From: Octopus vulgaris
Lineage: Eukaryota
Assembly: GCA_951406725.2 (NCBI GenBank)
Contig: OX597815.1
Location: 174,220,001-174,284,000, forward strand
DNA: 64,000 nt
Reading direction: 5' to 3'
Each line of letters opens with the position of its first letter. The first letter of the stretch is position 1. Shown here in pieces: positions 25,693 through 38,577 of this stretch. The position numbers and the translations under genes are program-made. Under the pieces are notes generated by a model that saw nothing but the letters and a program-made list of their open reading frames with translations, made no database searches and was not told where the DNA came from.

Positions 25693-28053
25693 TATACTTA
25701 TTGGCATCACATTTTGCCAACACACAAAATAAAACAACAGTACTGTGCATAAATTACATTAAATCCATCATGAATTCTACATGACTTTCTGTGGCCTCCA
25801 ATCTCTTTAATAAGGAAACCAAAACAGCACATTTTGTATTGTCGCCAACAACACAAATATTACTTATGCAATGTAAAACAAAATACTTAAAATGAAAGGT
25901 CAACAAACTATATGAGGGGCACAGTTTTATGTCATAAGTTCCAACCCACACAATTGCTGTCATTGGTCCAGCCCCAGTGCACAGCACCATGGGCAAATGC
26001 CATCTATTACAGCTCTTGAATAGATTTCATAGGCAGAAATTGAAAGAAATCCATCATGTGTGTTCGTATGTACCTTTGTCTTGACATCATCATGCTCAAA
26101 CATTGCTTTTCTGCAGTCTGACAAACTACAAATAGTAAATGATAACAATTATCAACTAAGTTCTTATCTTATTCCTCATAACATATAATAGTTCTTGGAG
26201 TGGTATTGTAAAACAGAGACAAAAGAATTGATATAAGGGTGTCATAAGGAGTGAAACCTACAGTTTAATTTGACTAAATGCAAGAAAACTCACCTGACCT
26301 ATTCAACCAGATGGACAGTTATTTGTTAAATTTTTGTGAGTGTTAGTGCTAAAAGCAGATGATGTCAAAAGCGTAGAATCATCATATTTACATGAAATAC
26401 ATGCCACATAAACAGTAAAAACAAATACACTCAAGCCAAAGAGGGCACTTCTATATGTCCACTTAATCTATAGTTTCAAGATACAATGCATGAATGCTCC
26501 AAGATGCATCATCAGCGATGTTTCTGAGTGATGTTTCAAGTCCCAGCTTGAATCTCAGTAGTAGCAAATCACTAGTCTGCCCTCTTTATCCAAAGCCACC
26601 TAGCAGCCTTCTGTGCAGGTTTAATGATTGAATTTATAACCTTTCTCTTTGCTTCACCAAGAACTCTAAATTTAACCAGGACCTTGTAGAATGAATGCTC
26701 CACAAAAAGCAGGCACCCTACTGCCAATTTCCCTCAAATAACACCTTTCAATCTCTAAGGAAAATGCATTATAAAATGCATATTATTAAAAAGACAGGAT
26801 GGCCATGGTTTGAATACCTTTGATCATAGGTCTGGTTGATCTGGAATTAACCAGTAACCACTAATACCATCAGTGGTTTTCTAGACATCACTAAAGAAGG
26901 TAGTAGCACTTATTGTCAAGATTAAGCAGATAACAGGTGGGTGTAAAAAGCACAGTGGGTGTCATTGCAAGAAAAGGACATGATGAACTTTGGGATTATA
27001 TTATGCCATTCAGCTGATGAAAGTGATATTTGAAATAGAATTTTTATCAGCTTGAAGAATTTCAAAAGTAGCTCAATAAACCATAATTTCAGATGTTAAC
27101 CTTTAAATTTATGCAGATGGCTCAGTAAAAAGTCCTGCTCTTTTAAATCTCTTATCTTTGTTCAATCTGAATTACATGTTTTAAATGGTACATGGCTATT
27201 GACTGAATGGATCTGTCTTTAGAATCAGTATTTATTTTGTTTTATTGCACTTGAGTCTTTTTTGAACAGTTATGATCAAGGGCATTCCAATCTTGATCAT
27301 ATTGTTCTCTTTTCATATATCATGAATTACATGGCTTAATGTATCCTTCCCTTTTTAAAGACCATGGAGTGTGTCTCAAAGGAGATTTGGCTGCTATTTT
27401 TAGCAGGTTGAAAGATGATGTGTAGGCTCTCTAATTTTTTTTTTCTTTTTAATTTCTGGGTGTCCTTCCCTTTGCTATTATAGTGTCATAAAATGAGATT
27501 GATAAATATTCCGAAATGTGCTTACTTTAACGTCCAGTGATGCAGTGGAATATTTATTGTATTACTTCAGTGCAATTTTTTAAAATTCTTTCATCAACAA
27601 AGCTTTTGTAACAGATTTAATTCGAAGATATACATTTATCCCCATTACTGCAAATGTAGAGGAAATAAGAATTCATTTTTTTTTATAAATATTTATTCCA
27701 GGACTTGACTGATTACAAATAGACAAAATAAACATTTTCAAATATATATAATAATTTAAATGTATTGTTTGTTTGTGGCAGATACATAAGTGCAATAAAC
27801 ACTAAAATCTCACAGGAAATAGATTTTCTGGAATGCCCAGGTAGATCCTTAGAAGTAGAAGATGGTTTCTATTACTTGCTGAAAATATTAAGTTTGGCAA
27901 AATCCATTACATGATCAATCAAAACTAGACAGATTTCAATGCATATAAATTATAGTATGATGGATAAAAATTCTCTTGCTGTATTTTCCAGCTTACAAGT
28001 CAATGTATATAGTAGAAACATGTGGAAACATTGAAGTAATATCTCTGTCTTTC

Positions 28054-28268
28054 TAAGGCAGCGAGCTGGCAAAAACATTAGCACGCCAGGCAAAATACTT
28101 AGCAATATTTCATTTGTCTTTACTCTCTGAGTTCAAATTCCGCTGAGGTCAACTTTGCCTTTCATCCTTTCGGGGTCGATAAATTAAGTACCAGTTGCAT
28201 ACTGGGGTTGATCTAATTGACTGGCCCCCACCCCAAAATTTCAGGCCTTGTGCCTAGAGTAGAAAACG
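28054..28268 (+). mobile_element. SINE family B
   Basis: Intact core; 15-bp TSD ATATCTCTGTCTTTC at 28039-28053 and 28269-28283. Confidence 0.9.
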
Positions 28269-28978
28269 ATATCTCTGTCTTTCCAAATCTTGCTTCATTT
28301 TACATGGAATTTTTGATCCTCCCAAAGTCATCTTGGTGTATAAGTTGACTTACCTCTCTTGGCTATAAATTTTGGTCTGTAAAGTTTGACTTGTATGCAG
28401 GAAAATATGGTTCTTTAAACCTCTGGGGATAACTTTGAAGAGAACTCTTTAATTGCCAGCTTGAACTAGCTATGAAACTCAGAGACTCTTACTACCCCAA
28501 CCATGGGCCAGAAGCTAGAATATGCAGAAACTCCAGTTGCACATCCAATCTAGCTAACCCCTTAGGTCCAAAAGCAGCCTCTTGAGCCTTCCTCTTCCTC
28601 ACCTGATGTCACTTTTCACTTCCAGTCATGTTCCTCAGCTGCTCCTTTCCACTTTTCTGACATCTTCAGTGTATGACCCATTTTGCCACATAAATGGCAA
28701 AGGATGCCTATTGGGGCATTAGTAAACAATATGGATATGTAATGCAAATGGGTTGTGCATGCTGAATGAGAATACTGTTGTGAAATCTTGAGAAGAAATA
28801 GATAAACATATTGCATATGATCTAGAGATAGGCTAAAGAAGACATGGGTTTAAGTCATTAGGACAGATTTTTAAAAATTTGAATTTGCAGTTAATTGCCA
28901 TAAGATTAGGATAAATGACAAGGTGCATGTTCATCTAACTTAAACCAGTTTGGAAAACATTAAATTTATGTTGAATTT

Positions 28979-29322
28979 CTAAAACTTGTTGCTAAATAGA
29001 TTTTCTACATTTTGACTTAACATCAACCCATTTGCAGTGCCAGTGTTTATTCTTAATCTCTTTAAAATCCACCCTGCTTTGATGGGTCTGCAGCTATCTT
29101 TGTTGCTCATTAATTCTTCTATAAAATTTTTCACTTTTAGGGAATCATTTTACTTTTTGTTCCATTCCTTCTGATTCTTCATCAGCATATATTTTTAATC
29201 TGTGTAAGATGTAGGCGTTAAAGAATAGTGACTGTAGACTTCAGGGATAAAATATTGACATGTTCCTTAAATGAAAGGAAATATGAACTTTTTGCACTAT
29301 AATATATCAATGATTTACCACA
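28979..29322. repeat. Direct repeat copy 1 (copy 2 at 31984-32349)
   Basis: Collinear similarity over about 350 bp, with indels. Confidence 0.85.
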
Positions 29323-29955
29323 TGCAGTGTTGTTAGTATTTTGTTTTTGTTTTTTGATGGGGGCAGTCCTCCTTTAAAGATTAATTCTCTAATTCTATTA
29401 TAAATAATATTAAAGCTAAGAAAACATTAGCAACATACTGTATTTGATAGCATAAAAGACACATGGGTGTACTAGAAGCACCCCAATTTCAGTAGTGCAT
29501 AATCAGGAAAGTAAGTTTTTAGTGCATTAAAGCATGTAATGTTTAAAATAATTTAGCAGTACATTACAAAACATTATGAAAGTACTTTAGATATATTAGA
29601 AAACATTACTATATATAAAAAGTAAGTTAGCAGTACAGCTGAACACAAAGCAAAAAATTGTGATAGTGAAAATATCCATCAGGGACAAAATTAGCTTACA
29701 GGAGGCCCTACTTTACATAAAGGATCCAAGGTGACTTTTTGAGCCAATTCTTTTGGAAAATATGTGAATCTTATATGCCATCAAATATAGTACTGTGATT
29801 TGATACATTTAACAAATAAAATCTTTATTTCACTTAATTATGTTGTAGTATTGCAATATTTTGTAAATATTTTGGCTCACTATTCTCTCAATGAAACATA
29901 AACTTCTTTTGTACCAACTAACAATATGAATTTGTTAAATTCTAATTGTTTTTAG

Positions 29956-30127
29956 AGACCTGACACAATGACAACTGGCACCGGTGCTCCTGTTGGAAAC
30001 AAAACAGCTTCTTTGACTGTCGGTCCAAGAGGTCCAATTTTGTTACAAGACTTTGTGTTCACTGATGAAATGGCACATTTCAACAGAGAAAGAATTCCTG
30101 AAAGAGTTGTTCATGCAAAAGGAGCTG
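29956..30127 (+). CDS. CAT: Catalase exon 2 ([14 protein letters not shown]...[16 protein letters not shown]), distal catalytic His
   Basis: Catalase active-site signature; TTTAG acceptor, G|GTATGT donor; 172 nt. Confidence 0.98.
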
Positions 30128-30494
30128 GTATGTAAGAAACCCATAATATTTCAATTATAACATATTTTATTGTAATTATATTTTCAAGGCAATAAGAGAT
30201 AAATCTTTTCCTTGAAAGAATATTGGTCTCTTTCAAGCGACATTTTCAAAAGCTCTGGCATCTGCTCACAGCAGCTTGATGAACTAAGGCCTATAGAATT
30301 AAATGTGCTGTTCAAATACAACAAAATGTTTACAGTAGATCTGAACTCAGGACCTTTAAACTTTGAACTTGTAGTCTCGTACTATATTCACATGGCCAAT
30401 GCTTCTCAACTATTGCAACATTAATTATTTCACCCCTTCCAAACAACACTATCTGAAATTTTGTCAAGTAAAACAACATAACACTGAATGCTCT

Positions 30495-30549
30495 TCCCTC
30501 TCTCTCTCCCTCCCTCCCTCTCTCCCTCCCTCCCTCCCTCTCTCTCTCT
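30495..30549. repeat. (CT/CCCT)n polypyrimidine tract
   Basis: Directly visible. Confidence 0.9.
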
Positions 30550-31191
30550 AAGCTAAATCAAATATACAAAAAAAGTTGTACAAAACCTTTTCCTTTAAAT
30601 AAATTTATTTAATTTTTTTCCCAGTTTTACAATTACTTTTTACAATGTTGCAGTTGTCTTTGTTAGAATTCCTTTCCTACCACTAGCCTTTCAATTATGA
30701 AATTAAAGTAGAATCTGCTTGCTAGTCAGACTGAATGGGCTAAGCAACCTATGTGCATTGTGCAGAGATACAGCAAAAAGGATGTAGTAGGAAAATGTGC
30801 ACACAGTATCTTAACCCCAAAGCATTTGAAATTGTAATTTGTTTATATAAAGAAACATTTTGTAAAAGTTTAGGCTGACAAACTGTTGTTCTGCTACTGT
30901 CTAAATATTTTATGTCATATGAAATACATCATAACAATTTAAGAGAAATATCTAATAAATTACCTGTGCTGTGTTGAAAACAACTTTTGAACTGTCTTGT
31001 GTGGTTAATGAGAGATTGCACTGCCAAACTCATGAATCTAGGTTCAAATCAAAGCTTAGACATTTAATTTTGTCTTTACATTTATACACATCAATTATTT
31101 CTTTATTTTTATTAAATACTAATTGGAGGAATAGTATCCTGATTTTGAGATAAAATAGACTTTGATAACTGACAATAAATGTGCACTTTCT

Positions 31192-31222
<31 letters not shown>

Positions 31223-31556
31223 CAAACTCTTTGGTAAAATAAAGAAATATATAAAATTAGATTAAAATAGAACCAATGTGATTTCTGAATAACATATCTC
31301 GGTTTTTAGAAAAAGCACACTGTAACTATGTGTTATAAAACAGTTGATTGAACAAATAAATACTTATCATTGAAATCGACAGAGATACACCTATCCTTAT
31401 ATATATATATCCGTTGACAGGCCACTAGTATTTATAGAGTGTTAAACACTTTTGGTATGCAATTAGGGACTCCTTCATAGAGTAACTGGTGCATTTGTTG
31501 AGTATATAAACAGTTTGGCTGCTTGTTTCTCTGGAGATTGTCAGAATGATGTAGAC

Positions 31557-31599
31557 ACCTCTGATGAGAACCCAATAAGGTTCAAAAATCAATTAAGGT
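31557..31599 (+). ncRNA. Degenerate minimal type I hammerhead ribozyme-like motif
   Basis: ACCT-CTGATGA-GAACC(caataa)GGTTC-aAAA-ATCaATT-A-AGGT. Stems I and II pair; core G12 is mutated to A. Confidence 0.5.
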
Positions 31600-31651
31600 T
31601 GAGAAATGGCTAAAATTTGCCCTGTTTATAATTATTCCATATGCTACATGT

Positions 31652-31880
31652 ATCATCATCATCGTCATCATCGTCGTTTAACGTCCGTTCTCCATGCTAG
31701 CATGGGTTGGACGGTTCGACCGGGGATCTGGGAAGCCAGAAGGCTGCACCAGGCTCCAGTCTTATCTGGCAGTGTTTCTACAGCTGGATGCCCTTCCTAA
31801 CGCCAACCACTCCGTGAGTGTAGTGGGTGCTTTTACGTGCCACCTGCACAGGTGCCAGGCGAGGCTGGCAACGGCCACGG
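31652..31880 (-). mobile_element. 3' end of the RTE family at 19840 (or a SINE sharing it)
   Basis: Reverse match to 20570-20759. Confidence 0.85.
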
Positions 31881-31882
31881 TG

Positions 31883-31922
<40 letters not shown>

Positions 31923-31983
31923 ACAATTAGCAATATTACAGCTCCAACAATTATGAACAATTTGTGCAGTGTGCTGATTTTAT

Positions 31984-32349
31984 CTAAACCTTGTTGCTAA
32001 ATAGATTTTCTACATTTAACATCAACCCATTTTGTTTAGTGCCGGTGTTTATTCTTAATCTCTTTAAAGTCCAGCCTGCTTTGGTGGGTTGGATGGGTCT
32101 GCAGCCTATCTTTGTTGCTTATTAATTCTTCTCTAAAAGTTTTCACTTCTAAGGAATTGATTTACTTAATTTCAAGTCATACTTTTTTGTCCCATTCCTT
32201 TTGATTCTTCATCAGCATATATTTTTTAATCTGTGTAGGAGTTAGAGATCTGTGGCTGTAGACTTCATCAATAAAACTTCACATGTCTCTTAAGTGAAAA
32301 GAGTTGAATATGAACTTATAGTACCATTATATTTCAATAGTTTACCACA
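31984..32349. repeat. Direct repeat copy 2
   Basis: Matches 28979-29322. Confidence 0.85.
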
Positions 32350-32359
32350 AGTTCTCCAA

Positions 32360-32650
32360 GTCGAGACACTACTTCTCTGCCTTGTGGGATTGCGGCTCCA
32401 GTACTTATAGGTATGTTTTAGAATGTTGCAGGAAAGAATAACAAGATGGATTCTTCAAGCCAAACCTGCTGGTAGCTGTCCTAGTGGCAGGCTAAGGTCA
32501 AGATATTTGGATAATATCCATAGTCTCAGTTGGCCATGCTTGGGAGTCCTGCCGGATTGTCTAATGAGGGTTGCTTCTGATAGGATCCTCTGGAGGAAGT
32601 GCCTAAGGACTCTGCCCCAGTGTCTTGCCCTTTAATAGAAGATGGACAAT
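32360..32650 (+). mobile_element. RTE-like 3' fragment (second family)
   Basis: ERITRWILQAKPAGSCPSGRLRSRYLDNI resembles the RTE C-terminal G.R..GRP..RW.D motif. Confidence 0.7.
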
Positions 32651-32863
32651 CAGAGGGCACAAATTCCTGTCAGTTATTAATTTAGTCAGAGACAACTATT
32701 TGGAAGAAAAATTCAAACCAAGACTGTTTCGCATGTAAGATTTTCTTTATCAAAAAAAGAATAAACATTTACTTCCATTTTATTCACTAATATTTCAGAA
32801 ACAGTTATTTGTGAACCAGATACATATTTATACAATGGAATTGTTTTTCTTTTATTTTTGCAG

Positions 32864-32974
32864 GAGCTTTTGGTTACTTTGAAACTACTCATGATATTAG
32901 GAAATATTGCAAAGCAGCTCCTTTTCAGGCAATTGGTAAAAGAACAAAAGTTGGAATACGGTTTTCAACAGTAG
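32864..32974 (+). CDS. CAT: Catalase exon 3 ([18 protein letters not shown]...RFSTV)
   Basis: TTGCAG acceptor, G|GTAAAT donor; 111 nt, phase 1/1. Confidence 0.98.
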   Translation, partial: ELLVTLKLLMILGNIAKQLLFRQLVKEQKLEYGFQQ

Positions 32975-33111
32975 GTAAATAAAACTAAGCATATTTTCTG
33001 CTGTCATTTTGCTATGATTATTCAGGACTTTATCTTATCATTTTTCAGTTAAGAAAATGTTTCAATATTAATTTTTATTGTAATATTGTTATACTGTCTT
33101 TTTAAATTCAA

Positions 33112-33326
33112 CCCTTTAGCACTCAGATTACTCTGTCAAATGCAATGTTTATTTATTTACATTGTGTTGAATTAATCATGTGTTATCTCCTAGCTTTGTG
33201 ATTTTAATGACGTGATTGTTTAATTTGGGATTGACATTGCAGGGTAGGTTTGAAGACCAGATCTGGCCAGTTTGAACATAAAACAGAACATTTGGGCCAA
33301 ATATGACTGGTTTAAATGCTAAAAGG
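33112..33326. mobile_element. TTAA-type MITE family 2
   Basis: CCCTTTAGCA...TGCTAAAAGG termini; opposite orientation to the 42759 copy. Confidence 0.78.
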
Positions 33327-33899
33327 TTATGGCCACTGATAATACTCATGAGTTCTCGAATTATACAGTCTATTACTATCAATAGTAGATATGAAATATA
33401 TAAATGTAATAATACCTAGATTGAAATAATTTAAAGTACTCAAAATCTTCAATCCTGTTTCCTGCTTTAATCTTGAAAAATTTAATAAAGCTATGCAGTT
33501 AGCTATGATATTGTTAGCATGATAAAAAATATAGCAAATATAAATGGTTACATGTATTTAAATAATATAAACGATGTAAGTAGTGAGTATTTAACACAGT
33601 TTGCATAAAAGAAAAACACAACCTTCTATGTCCATTTAGGAAAGTATAAAGCTATGGTATACATTATATTATTTAATCATTACTTACCAATAATAGTATT
33701 ATAGATTTCCAATGGGCCAATCACAAGTCCACTACCTTTCTGATAGCAGGAGCAACAAAGAAGTGTTTAAGCGAATGCAAGAGGCTTCAGTCATAAAGCA
33801 TCACTTTTTTAGTTAGTTGTCTCACTGATTGTTATATCCTTACGAAATGGCAAAATACACACGCACGCACACAGACAGACAGACAGAGAGAGAGAGAGA

Positions 33900-34150
33900 G
33901 GATAACTATAGATGACTGCCTCAAAACCTCCAGCTGCTACACCCAGGTTATAAATCCACATTTATACCAATGGTAATTGGTGCATTTGGTTTTGTTGGTA
34001 AAAGCCTAAGTGACAATCTGAAAAACTAGGGTTTGCAGAAAAAGAAATCAACTAGCTAACACACACACATTACAAATATAACCTAATATAACCTATAAGC
34101 AAAATAGTAAAATTATGCAAGACTTTCCCCAAATTCAAAATATGACATTG
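33900..34150 (+). mobile_element. Decayed 3' end of a restriction-like-endonuclease LINE (R4/Dong-like)
   Basis: Translates LQLLHPGYKSTFIPMVIGAFGFVGKSL, resembling the IP.VIGALG motif; contains stops. Confidence 0.5.
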
Positions 34151-35188
34151 TTTTGTTATCTGCATTTCAATATTGGAGTTTTGTATCTTTATTAAACATC
34201 AGCTCCTTCTCCACAGAAAGACTTCAAATAAATAAAAATAGGAGAGAACATACATACATACATACATACATGCATGCAATTCTCCCTATAGTTATGGCAA
34301 AATGTATGCATGCAAGCAATTCTTCCTATAGGTATGGCAAAATGAAATGTTGGGTTTCATTGTTTTCATTTGGAGGTTCATGTGATGGAATTTAGCAGTG
34401 AAAACTGTGCACAATCCTACCATGCATTTACAAGGTATTGGCCACTTAAAGGTTATGGTTGAATAAAACTTCCCAAAATCCCATAAATTAGAGAATCAAA
34501 CCTAGAGCTCTGTGATTATACTGTACCTATAGGAATAATTGAACCAAGTAATGCAAACCAAGGAAACATGAGACACTTTTAAATTTTTGTTGTTCTTAAA
34601 ACAGCAGATTATATAATTCTTTTATCAGCTTTCAATTAGGTCAATCAAACCATTAAAAGTTAAGATAAAGTTTGGGGTCAGTAACAGAATAACAAATGAT
34701 GACTCTTTAGTTGTTTGATACAGCAATGACTTAACTTACAAATTCTAGTGTACCCCTGCTGCACCCCAAAATAGTGATATTTCTTCCCTTCTTTATAAAT
34801 GAGAAGATAAAATAGAGTTTGTGTCCTTATAATTCTTCTTCTTTCATTATATGGCTTAAAATGTTTGAAACCATCTTAATTTTTTTAAACAGTGTCTGCC
34901 CTTTTTTGATCTTCACTGTCACAACCTATGAGAGGTGAGCTTAGTCAGTACATTGGTTCAGGGCCTATGGATCCGAGAAGGGATACTATCAATTTCTGAC
35001 AGGATGTGAAAGGCCCACCCACTTTTGAGGTGGGGCTGAAAAGCAGCCTCTTCATACCACTTAGCAAAATTTTTCTTGGAGTCCCTACTGTGAGTTCCAC
35101 ACTGCAGGAAATACTGATCTACAGCTCTGGTTGCACAGAAAAGAAAATAGTATTTAATTTCTTTCTAATATAAATTATTTATTCTTAA

Positions 35189-35341
<153 letters not shown>

Positions 35342-35976
35342 TAAAAAATATCTATGGTTTTTCAGAAATATTTTATTAATTTCAGTGTTGCTAATTTTTA
35401 ATATCCCTTTTAAAAATGAATCTATTTTCTCTGTTGTGTTATAATTTATGATCTCACTGTTTCAAATGAAAGTCCAAACTGAGCACCCAAAATTTATTGC
35501 CTAAAATCAGCTATACTACATTGGCTATATTATTTATTCAATCATTATAAACATAGAAGTGAATTAGGTTAGATGTGAGATAAAATCAAATGTATGCTGA
35601 TACTGTTTCTATGCTGTTATCATAAGTGCTCAACAAGTCAAGCCTGCTATGTCAGCCAAGTTTTCAATACAAGTGCCATTTCCAATTGACCTATTTCACT
35701 TTACTCAATCATCATATCTACAATTTCTGACAGTAGTCAATAAATAATCTGACAAGAAAGGGCTCAGCCAGGCTGACTTACACCTTATCACTCCTTGAAT
35801 ACTGAGCTTGAATCCTGCTAAGGTCAGCTTTGCCTTCTGTCCTTTTGGGGTTGATGATATAGGGTAGCACTCAAGCACTGGTGATGGTGTAATTGACTTC
35901 CCCACTCACCTCAAAACTGCTAACCATGTTCCAAAATTAGAAAAAAATTATTAACATTGAGGTCAATGTAATCGTC

Positions 35977-36064
35977 TATTATTATTATTCAGGTCACTGC
36001 CTGGAGTCAAACTTGGAATCTTGGGGTTAGTAGCCCGCGCTCTTAACCACTACGTCATATGCCC
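35977..36064 (-). mobile_element. tRNA-like head of family D element (inverted partial copy)
   Basis: Reverse complement of 36132-36215. Confidence 0.8.
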
Positions 36065-36131
36065 TGTTACCAACTCGTACCCCTGTCACCAGCCTCCTTG
36101 TGGTAGATGTGGTTTCTGTTTCAGTCCCACA

Positions 36132-36375
36132 GGCATATAGCGTAGTAGTTAAGAGCAAGAGCTACTAACCCCAAGAGTCTGAGTTCAATTCCAGGCAGTG
36201 ACTTGAATAATAATAATAACAACAACAATAACATCAAAAAATACCTTAGGAATGAGAACTCAGGTTCAAAATTTTCCCCAGGACACCTGGTAAAGGCTGG
36301 AGGGTATATCAGCTGAAACGTTGCGTTAACAACAAACAAATATCCATCCATCAAATGTAAATAATGTATAATTAT
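36132..36375 (+). mobile_element. Family D: tRNA-headed element with hammerhead-like tail
   Basis: A and B boxes, (AAT)n linker, tail matching both arms of 54439-54844. Confidence 0.8.
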
Positions 36376-36398
36376 TATTATTATTATTTTTTTTTCAG

Positions 36399-36449
36399 TT
36401 CCCCAGTTTTATACACACACAGAAAAGAAACCCAAAAACACATTGTAAG
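36399..36449 (+). CDS. CAT: Catalase exon 5 (FPSFIHTQKRNPKTHCK)
   Basis: TTTCAG acceptor, AAG|GTAAGT donor; 51 nt. Confidence 0.97.
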
Positions 36450-38077
36450 GTAAGTGTTGATCATAAATTCATACCCACTGATTTCAACAAGGGAAAGTGA
36501 CATACTGCCAGAAGTGTTAGAACATTGCAGCATTTGTTCAAGGTCTCTGAGTTTTAATTTCAAATCTTGCTGTAGTCAACTCTGCCTTTTCTTTTAATAA
36601 TTGATAAATAAAATATTAGTCCAGGGCTATGGGTTGGTGGTACTCTTTGAACATCTGACAAGTTGTTATGCAGTATCTGTTCTAGTTATTTGCATTCTGA
36701 ATTCCAACTCATACCCCTGTCACCAGCCTCCTTGTGGTAGATATGGTTTCTGTTTCAGTCCCACAATGGCATAGGGCAAATGTCTTCAACTATAGCCCTG
36801 AGCCTTGTGAGTGGATTAGATTGGGAAAAACTGAAAGAAGTCTGTTGTATATATATACATGTGTTTGTGTGAATGTGTGTATGATTGTGTCTCTTTGTCT
36901 TGATACTGTATGACAGTCATAAATTAGATTCACTGCCATACAACCAGTGCCATCCATTTCCAATATTCTGTCTCACCATGAGAAAATATTACCTTACTAG
37001 GAAACAGGTGAGGATTGGCAACAGGAAGGGCTGTTGAAAATTTGTCTCCATAAACCCTGTCCAGTCCATGCAAGCATAGAAAAGTAAACATTAAAATGAT
37101 GATGAAGAGGAGGAGGAGGATCATCATCATCATCATCATCATCATCCAGGTATGGAGCCCAGGTAACAGTGATAGGCCAACATAGAGATACGTTAAATGG
37201 AGTAACAATTTAGTAGTTATTAGCACTTAAGTGTAATAAACACATGGACAGAGAAACACCAAGTATCTTCAGATATTCCTTCTTCATACAATAACAGGCT
37301 TGAAATGATGGTCTATTTGAGGTAGCATATTTTGACTTTTTTCTACATTATCTTAATTTTGATGAAGCTTAATATAGCTTTTAACTTCTTTATTATCACA
37401 CATATCTCCGTATTTTTATTTATTTCTTTATGAACAAACATGATATTGGTTTTAAAATTTGGAGAATAGATTACTTATGAGTATAATAGCAGTTTGATTA
37501 GAATATTGTGTTAGTGAGTAATAGGTGCTGGTATGGCTATGTGATTGAGAAGCTTGCTTCCCAGCCACATGATCTTAGGTTCAGTTACACTGAGTATCAC
37601 CTTAAGCAAGTGTTTTTACTATAGCCACAGGAAACAAAAGTCTTCTGAATGGATTTGATGAATGGAAACTGAAAGAAGCCCATTGTGTGTGTGTATGTGT
37701 CCTTGCCTAAACACCACAAGATGGTTGTAAATGAGCGTCATCAAGTGAGGTTGTTTGTTTCCAGTCTTCTGTGGAAAATATATCTAGCCAGGGGAAAATA
37801 CTACTTTGCTTAGAAACAGGTGAGGGTTGGCAACAGATAAGGCATCCAAATGTAGAAAATCTACCTCAGCAAGTTCTGCCTGATCCATACGAGCATGGAA
37901 AAGTGGATGTTATATGATGATGATGAGTAATATTCTCTAACTAAATTTACAAAGTTTTATAATATATCAAGATTGATGCTTAGAGGTCATCAAAATTAAA
38001 ATGTTGCCTTCAATAAAACACTTTTCTCTATGGTAAATTATTTTTGTAAACTGAAATATTTTCTTTTTTTTTTTAAG

Positions 38078-38257
38078 GATCCAGATATGTTTTGGGACTT
38101 CATTACTCTGCGGCCTGAAACTACTCATCAAGTATGTTTTCTGTTCTCTGATCGTGGCACACCAGATGGCTATCGCAGAATGAATGGTTATGGAAGTCAT
38201 ACATTTAAGATGGTCAACCAAAACAGTGAAGCTGTCTATTGTAAATTTCACTTTAAA
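38078..38257 (+). CDS. CAT: Catalase exon 6 (DPDMFWDF...YCKFHFK)
   Basis: Within ORF 38030-38275; AAG acceptor after a T tract, AAA|GTAAGT donor; 180 nt. Confidence 0.98.
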
Positions 38258-38344
38258 GTAAGTTTTGATTCTTAGATTTTTATCTGTCATTTCCAGTACA
38301 TCACAATGGCTCTGCTTCTGATCTGAAGCAATACTCTGCTTACC

Positions 38345-38577
38345 TATTTCTTTACTACCCACAAGTGGCTAAACACAGAGGGGACAAACAAGGACAGACA
38401 AATGGATTAAGTCAATTACATTGACCCCAGTGCGTAACTGGTACTTATTTAATCGACCCCAAAAGGATGAAAGGCAAAGTCGACCTCGGCGGAATTTGAA
38501 CTCAGAACGTAGCGGCAGACGAAATACTGCTAAGCATTTTGCCCGACGTGCTAACATTTCTGCCAGCTTGCCACCTT
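38345..38577 (-). mobile_element. SINE family B (young)
   Basis: CpG-rich intact copy; TSD AATACTCTGCWTACC at 38330-38344 and 38578-38592. Confidence 0.9.

Noticed and set aside
27014-27040. CTGATGA...GAAA spacing
   Set aside because: Weak helix II and no convincing helix I or III; likely chance
36132-36203. Possible true tRNA gene
   Set aside because: Poor acceptor stem, no T-run terminator, and attached to a repeated tail in diverged copies, so it is an element head
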